Origin: Octopus bimaculoides
Taxonomy: Eukaryota
Assembly (NCBI RefSeq): GCF_001194135.2
Contig: NC_068981.1
Location: 191,534,196 to 191,587,653, forward strand
Reading direction: 5' to 3'
Length of the DNA: 53,458 nt
The notes beneath the pieces are model-generated. The model had not been told where the DNA came from. It ran no database searches and worked only from the letters and a program-made list of their open reading frames with translations. Positions within the stretch are counted from its first letter, which is position 1. Each line of letters opens with the position of its first letter. The translations under genes and the position numbers were made by a program. Positions 46,481 through 53,458 of this stretch are shown here, in pieces.

Positions 46481-47089
46481 CGATGAGGATGACGATGAAA
46501 TTCAAAACTTTGAATAAATAAGTATTACATTTGACAGAGTAATGTGAATGCAAAAGGGTTGAAAACTCTTGCAATTTCATCAAAATATTTGGAATTCCAC
46601 CATTAGAAATATCTTCAGACTCTTACCTTATTCCATCACATTAACCAAACTATTGTGAAAGAACTTACAAAATAAAATTGAAAATGAAATTCAGACTGAA
46701 TTTTAACTAAGATACTTGAATTTTATAAATTCTTAGTTTTGTAGGAAATTTAAGTAATTATCTTTGCTAACACATTGCATTGATCTCATGAATTCTTTTA
46801 ATTTCATATTTTGTTAATAATTATAATTAAAACTATGATTATTACTGCTGTCACTCTTGTTATTTTTCTTCCCAGTGCAACTTGTTTCTTTAAATAACAT
46901 TAAGCAGATGATCAAGCCTTTGAAATGGTTGTTCGGCAGATGGTGCCCAAGCTTAAAACATTCTTTTATTTTCATTATTTAAAAAAAAAGATTTGTCTTA
47001 AAATTCTTTTTGTTTTGTCTTGATTAAAATTAAATAATATAGGAGTAATTGCGTAATGAAATGTCTTCAAAACAATCATTTTCAAAAAT

Positions 47090-47315
47090 TAATTTGTGTG
47101 TAAATGTGTATGTGTGTGTGTGTGTGTGCATGTGTTTGTGCATGTATTAGTATGTGTATGTTTATGTATATGTGTATGTTTATGTATATGTGTATGTGTG
47201 TATTCAGGCATGTGTGTGTGTGTGTGTGCACGTGTGCATGTGTGTGTATGTGTGTATGTGTGTATGTGTGTGAGTGTGTGTGCGTGTGTGTGTGCATGTG
47301 TGTGCATACATATAT
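47090..47315. repeat. Compound (TG/TA)n microsatellite
   Basis: Direct observation; produces the spurious HT/CV ORFs. Confidence 0.95.
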
Positions 47316-48524
47316 GTGTTGTTAGGTGCATTGATGAGCTGATTAAAGTACTGTTTCAGGAAATAATGCAAATAATAATTATTGATTGATTGCTAAATTA
47401 AGCTAGTTCAGAATGCTATATCCAAATTTTAAAATGATACCTAGGAATATTTATTTGACTCTCCCCACTCCTCAACTAATCTTATCCAATTAAACTGGAT
47501 AATAATTTCAATTAGATAAGCTAGAACAGCATCATCATCATCATCATCTTCCATGCTTCCATACTGGCATGAGTGGGATGGTTTGATAGCAGCTGGCCAA
47601 GCAGAAGCCTGCACCAGACTTCTGTGACTGTTTTGACAGGGTTTTTACAGCTGGATGCCCTTCCTAACGCCAACCACCCAGCAGAATGCACTTAATGTGG
47701 CACAAACACAGGCGAGGTCAGTTTTGGCAAGGTTTTACTGTTGGATGCCTTTGCAAATGCCAACCACGTTACAGTGTGGATTGGATGCTTTTTACATGGC
47801 ACCTGCACTGATAAGGTCACCAAGTACTTGCAAGACAAAGAAAAGACTTTCAAGATGGGAGGGGGCATTGGAGGAGGTGATCTTGTGTCAGATGATGAAA
47901 GGGTATATTTGGACAGAGGGACAAAAGCAGTTGTCTTGCTGTAGAGGAGTTACAAGGTTACTCAGCCAGAGAAAGAGAGAGATCAGGAATGAAAACAGAA
48001 ACCGGTGTGCTTCCGCAAAGGAAATACATGGTTACCCAATTTGAGGGAAGTGCAGGAGAAGGAGAGAGAGAGTGGGAGACAGCAGGATAGAAATGGTGGC
48101 AAAGTGCTGGGCATAATCACAAAGGATAGGAATCAGAATATAAATGGAATGGCCGAGTAAAGGCAGAGAAAGGTATAGATGGTGGCAAGTGCCGGGGCAT
48201 ACCCCTGAGGTTTGAAAGCCATAATATAAGTGGCAGGATATTGTCAAACATGCATGATTAGGGAGTGCAGAGGGGAAGTGAGTGGTAAAGACCTGGGTAT
48301 ATATAGAGTGGTGGGGTCTACTAGATAAGAGTGATACAGTGAGACAGGGCCAAGAGGACGGGATTGGGGAGTGGGAGGTAAGCATAGTGCATGAAGTGGA
48401 AATGTGAGGAAGAGAAGAGACGTAGTTTGGTTTGTTGTGGCAGGGTGTGTGAGAAATATTTCTTGTTAAGTGAGAGTGGGACACACAGTGCTTCTAGAAC
48501 TCAGTTCCACTGATATGGGCAGGT

Positions 48525-48835
48525 CTTCCCAAGAACTTCATATCACCAGACATCTTGGTCCATTGTCATTTCTTCCGTGAGGCCCAACTTCTTGAGATTG
48601 GTCCTTACCACTTCATTCCATGTCTTCCTGGGTCTCCTTCTTCTATGGGTACCATCCACTTTCAGTGAGTGTCATTACTTTATACAAATGTCTTCATTCA
48701 TACGCATCACATGTCCAAACCAATGTAGTCTCCTCTCTTGCATGCTACATTTGATTCCTCTTATGCCCAACTTTTCTCTCAACACATTTGCATTTTGTTG
48801 CACATCCAACAGAGCATACAATCTTCATTCCTCTC
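48525..48835 (-). pseudogene. Degenerate RTE reverse-transcriptase C-terminal fragment (similar piece at ~52255-52420)
   Basis: Minus frame ...LREKLGIRGIKCSMQERRLHWFGHVMRM...RPRKTWNEVVRTNLKKLGLT..., with stops. RLxWFGHVxRM is typical of RTE-clade RT ends. Confidence 0.8.
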
Positions 48836-49574
48836 TAGTTTACAAATGTCTTCTGCATTCAGAGCCCACATCTCACTACCATGGAGTATAGGTAGTGAGA
48901 TATAGTGGGTTGATAGATAAATGGGTAGATGATAAAATGAGTGAGAGTATCAAAAATATGTTGTGGTATCTTATTAGGTCCCATTATGTTCTAAGTTCAA
49001 ATCTTGCTGAGATCAAATTTATCTTTTATCCTTCCAGAGACAATAAGGTAAGTACCATTCAAATTACTTGAATATTTCAGTAGAATAGGCAGATAACTGG
49101 CTCAAAATTAACTTCTTTTCATTTACAGTATAGTCAGTTCGTTAGCTCAATCCATTATAAATGATAATCAAATACAACCATTAGAATTTTAATGAGGAAG
49201 AGATACTCTATGGAACTGATTTGCTTGACCTGCTAGAAATAACAACCAAATTTCCCTCAAATCACAATCAATCTTTTATAAAATAGAAATGACTCACTGG
49301 TTATAGTCATACTAGATATACTGTATCTGAACAAAAAGATAGGAGAATTGGTTTGTGTTTGAATGCTATTGCTCATAGACTTACTCAGCCAGGTTGACTT
49401 AAGACTAAGCAACAACAATAACAACTATAATTCTAAGAAGGTGCTCTATAAAAAGAAACAAATGTTCAGGTATATATTATTTCATTCTCTCTCTTTCTCT
49501 CTGTTAATGTATTGGTTAGTCTTTCTCTGTTTCTTTGTCTGTCAGTCAGACTGTCTATCTATCTGTCAATCTGA

Positions 49575-49605
<31 letters not shown>

Positions 49606-51529
49606 ATCTGTCTACATCTCTTTTATACATAAGTGCACACTGTTTTTACACACACACACACACATTCACATGCAATCTGGTATAATCCAATCTCAGTATA
49701 ATGTAGTCTCTATCAACATACAGCATGTCTTTGTGTGTATGTATGCACTGTTTTCTCTTTTCAACAATTTCCCCAGCATATTTCATTTAAACTGTATTCC
49801 ATGTCTTAATAATAAGTCACCTTCACTCTGGTTAGCACTTTTATAACCTCTAAATTTATATAACAACAACAATACTAACAAAATAACACGAATATACTGT
49901 ATACTACAACAATATGCAATCTTTGTGTTTTAATGTTAAAAAATAATCAAGAATTATGAGAGGCTCAGCAAAATATCTTCAACCAAATTTCAACTTAATA
50001 AAAGACATGTTTACCAATTGAAATCTAATATCTTTCATGTAATAATGAAATTTTTGCCTGAAATTTGAAATTAAATTTCTGTGCTTTATTAGAAGTGGCT
50101 TTCAGCAACTTGATGTACAAAGTGTTATTTCTTTACCTTTTTCTTTCTTTATTTATTTAATAAATTTTAGTGTCCATGTAAAGCTGATAAACCATGATTG
50201 ATTATGGAAAATATATAATAAACCTTATGTAAAAGAATAAACTAAACAAAAATAAAAAGGATATAAATTAAAATGAAGAAAGAAAGAAGAGGAAGAAATA
50301 TAGATAGAGAACAGTTAAATGTTTCTGTTTAAATCTTTTTTTTATGCCCTCATGTTAGAAGATCTTGCTTACGGCTGAAGGATCCTTGATTAAAAATGAC
50401 ACCTCCAGCCTTGGTAGTCTTTTTTAAATCATTTTCAAAAACACCCTCCCTACCTCTCTCTCTGAACACTAATTTTTATATTAGAACAAATATTGCCAGA
50501 AAGTTTCTCAATAGTTTGCCACAAGAGTACAATGGTGATTCTATATGACTTGTCCATTAAAAAATATAATTAAAAGAAACATAGCCATCTCAAAGCCAAC
50601 AAAGTCTCTTCTTAAAGTACAAATACGATATTATCTTCATCATTGACTCTCAAAAGAGGAAACACAATGACGACACAACTGGGTTTGAAGTAGGATTTTT
50701 ATATTCATCATCATCATCATCACCATCATTTTACATCAGCTTCCCATGCTGGTATCAGCTGAATGTGTTGTCATAGTCCCAATTGCCTCCCTTTAGGAGC
50801 TACACCTCCCAAAGAAATGGTGCTCATATATATCACTTAGTTTGTGCTCTATAGCTGGATGCCCTCCCTAATGCCAACCACTTTAAAAAATGTGTTGGGT
50901 ACATTTTGAGGCATCAACACCAGAAAAATTGAATACTTCTTGGTGAGACAGGATCAGAGAAACCTTATAACCTTACACTTTCTCTGCTTCTTCAGTTAAC
51001 CATTTTACAGTGTGAACTGTAGGTATGAAGGTATCTTGAAATACCACCAAGGTTTCTGAACAGTCTCCACAAGAGCATAATGGTGATTCAATACAACCTG
51101 TTCATGATAAAATATTCTTTTCTACTCTAAGCACAAGGCCTGAAATTTTGGGGGAGGGTGCCAGCCAATTAGATCGACCCCAGTATGCAACTGGTACTTA
51201 ATTTATCAACCCCGAAAGGATGAAAGACAAAGTTGAACTCAGAACATAAAGACAGATGAAATACCGTTAAGCATTTCGTCTGGCATACTAATGTTTCTGC
51301 CAGCTCACTGCCTTAGTTCATGATAAAATATTGGTCATAGAAATATGACCAATTCAAAGTCACAAAGTCTGTGTTGAAACTATACAATTACAATATTATC
51401 ACCATCATCCACCCAACAGGAATAAAAGGCAAATATGACAGAGCAAAATTCCAACTCACTTCTTTATATTCTGATTTTAAATTCTAGATTGCAGTTAACA
51501 TTGCCCTTAATCCTATTGGGATTGAAAGT

Positions 51530-51810
51530 GAAGGCATGTGGCTAAGTGGGTAGGGCATTTAGTTCAAGATCATAAGGCTGTAAGTTCGATTCCCTGTGGC
51601 ATGTTTTGTCCTTGAGCAAGACACTTTATTTTTCATGTTGCTCCAGTCCACTCAGTTAGCAAAAATGAGTTGTCTTGTATTTCAATCAACCAGCCTTGTC
51701 ACATACTGTGTTATGTTGAATATCCCTGAGAACTACGTTAAGGGCATGCATATCTGTGGAGAACTCATCCACTTGGACATTAATTTCACAAGCAGGCTGT
51801 TCTGTTGTCT
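51530..51810 (+). mobile_element. tRNA-derived SINE with a MetaSINE-like central domain; antisense fragments at ~5290-5370, 32700-32820, 37450-37560, 52780-52880
   Basis: A box TGGCTAAGTGG, B box AAGTTCGATTCC, then TGTCCTTGAGCAAGACACTT...TGCTCCAGTCCACTCAG. The domain assignment is from recall, not a search. Confidence 0.65.
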
Positions 51811-53094
51811 GAATATACTGGAACCCTCATCATCATAACCAATGGAGTGCCAGTTAATTGGGTTTCATAAAATAAAGTATCACTTGATTGTGCCTAACCA
51901 GCAAATGTGTGACCTTGCTCATCATCTTCATCAACATCATCATCATTTAATGTCCGTTTTCCTTGCTGGCATGGGCTGTATGGTTTGACAGGAGCTGACC
52001 AGCTGAAGAGCTGCCTGGGCTCCATGTCTGTTTTGGCATGGTTTCTCTGGCTGGATACCCTGCCTAATGCAAACCACTTTACAGAGTGCACTGGGCGCTT
52101 TTACACAGCACTGGCATGGGTGCTTTTATATGGCACCTGTATGGGTGTTTTTTATGTGGCACCAGCACCCATGAGCCCACATAATTAGGAACACTCAGCT
52201 GTAGAGGGATGCAGAGGACATACCTGTATGCAAAGAAAACCACAATTTTACTTAGCTTAACATGTCTTCTCAAGCACTGCAAATTGCCAGGAGTCTTGAT
52301 CCACTGTCATCTCTGTGAGGCCCAACATCTGATGATCCTTTCTCACCACTTCATCTCACATCTTCCTGGGTCAAACCTTTCCACATGTTCCCTCCACATT
52401 TGGCGCCTCTTGATGCCTAAGTCAATATTATCTTTAATCCTTGATCTAATATTCTGATTTAGCTGTTTTTACAGGCATGTTATCTCCAGTTCAATCTTCA
52501 TCAAACAGATCTATGATTAAAGCTGTGTCAGGCATGACTAACTTGTCTTTCTCTTAGCAACACTTCAACCAGTCATCATATTAAACTATAACCATTACAA
52601 ATGAGTACGACCTGGTAGTATGACAATTTCGCTAATGGTTTTTTGGTATCTACGTGGTTGCGAGTTCTCTTGGCCCTTTCCCCCTTGAACCAGTGGAACA
52701 TCAAGGAGGTGAAAACTGGAAAGAAAGAGTACAGTACCAACAATGGGCAGGCACTAATTTACAGTATGGTAGACTAAAGCAATGTGAAATGAAGTGCTTT
52801 GCTCAAGAATACTATGCACCACCCAGTTATGGAATTGAAACCACAAATATATGATTGTGGGGGCCAACAGCCAACCACTCAGCCACATGGTTTACATGTG
52901 TACCCCACCCTCTCCCACCCCTTTATTGAGCACCCTTTGAAAATGTTATGACAGCAGTATTTAGTTGGTTTTCTTTTTTTGTTTTTCATTTTTGTTATTG
53001 GGTTTAAATGCTTATCTATATTGTCTGAACAGCCAAATACATACATTGACAGAAAATAGATATGAGGGACAAATTGATAAATAGATAAATAGGT

Positions 53095-53412
53095 AGGTAA
53101 ATAAATAGTAGATAAACAGACAAGCAGGCAGACGGACAGATAGGCAGACGGACAAACAGGCAGACGGACAGACAAACAGACAGACAGATGTACAGACAAA
53201 CAGACTTGCAGGCAGGCAGGCAGGCAGGCAGACAGACAGACAGATAGACGGACAGACAATCAGACAGACAGACAGATAGACGGAAAGACAAACAGACAGA
53301 TGTACAGACAGACAGACAGGCAGGCATGCAGGCAGACAGGCAGACAGACAGATAGACAGACATACAGACAGACAGACAGACAGACAGATAGATAGATAGA
53401 TAGATAGATAGG
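53095..53412. repeat. (GACA/GGCA/GATA)n tetranucleotide tract
   Basis: Direct observation; produces the spurious SVCL ORFs. Confidence 0.95.
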
Positions 53413-53458
53413 TTTCTTTATTAGCCACACAGGGCTCAACACAGAGGGGACAAAATAC

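Noticed and set aside
49038-49047. Perfect-looking 10-nt microexon (ccttccAG|AGACAATAAG|GTAAGT)
   Set aside because: It lies within a diverged family-2 SINE body, is not a multiple of 3, and has no host gene identified.
47082-53442. HT/CV/SVCL/SL-rich ORFs (also 835-1224, 25286-25513, 35661-36165, 42762-43267)
   Set aside because: Translations of microsatellites and low-complexity DNA.

Overview
AT-rich, microsatellite- and transposon-dense animal DNA. The repeat style suggests an octopod cephalopod (Octopus-like), which is an inference, not a database match. The first ~29 kb hold the 3' portion of a + strand SETD2/Set2 (H3K36 methyltransferase) gene. I assembled 18 coding exons (463-28866) with consistent splice phases, covering the AWS end, SET, post-SET, helical autoinhibitory region, a Y/Q/P repeat region, WW and SRI domains, and a TGA stop. 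The introns and the downstream ~24 kb are mostly mobile DNA: many 3' ends of an RTE-clade LINE with (GAT)n tails, several tRNA-derived SINE families, hAT- and piggyBac-type MITEs, a Tc1/mariner remnant and a Helentron-like (HINE) element, plus five N gaps. I could not build a second gene with confidence. The best leads are: (1) a ~474-bp intronic palindrome with a 10-bp target-site duplication, each arm made of a tRNA-like B-box head, (AAT/AAC)n and a Penelope-type minimal hammerhead ribozyme motif; (2) the conserved post-SET loop residues R-Y-G are missing from the spliced SETD2, and the same intron holds a perfect 25-bp hairpin; (3) an in-frame, symmetric, acidic candidate cassette exon at 8214-8378. 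Coordinates were counted by hand. Exon ends are phase-checked; repeat ends are approximate unless a TSD is quoted.
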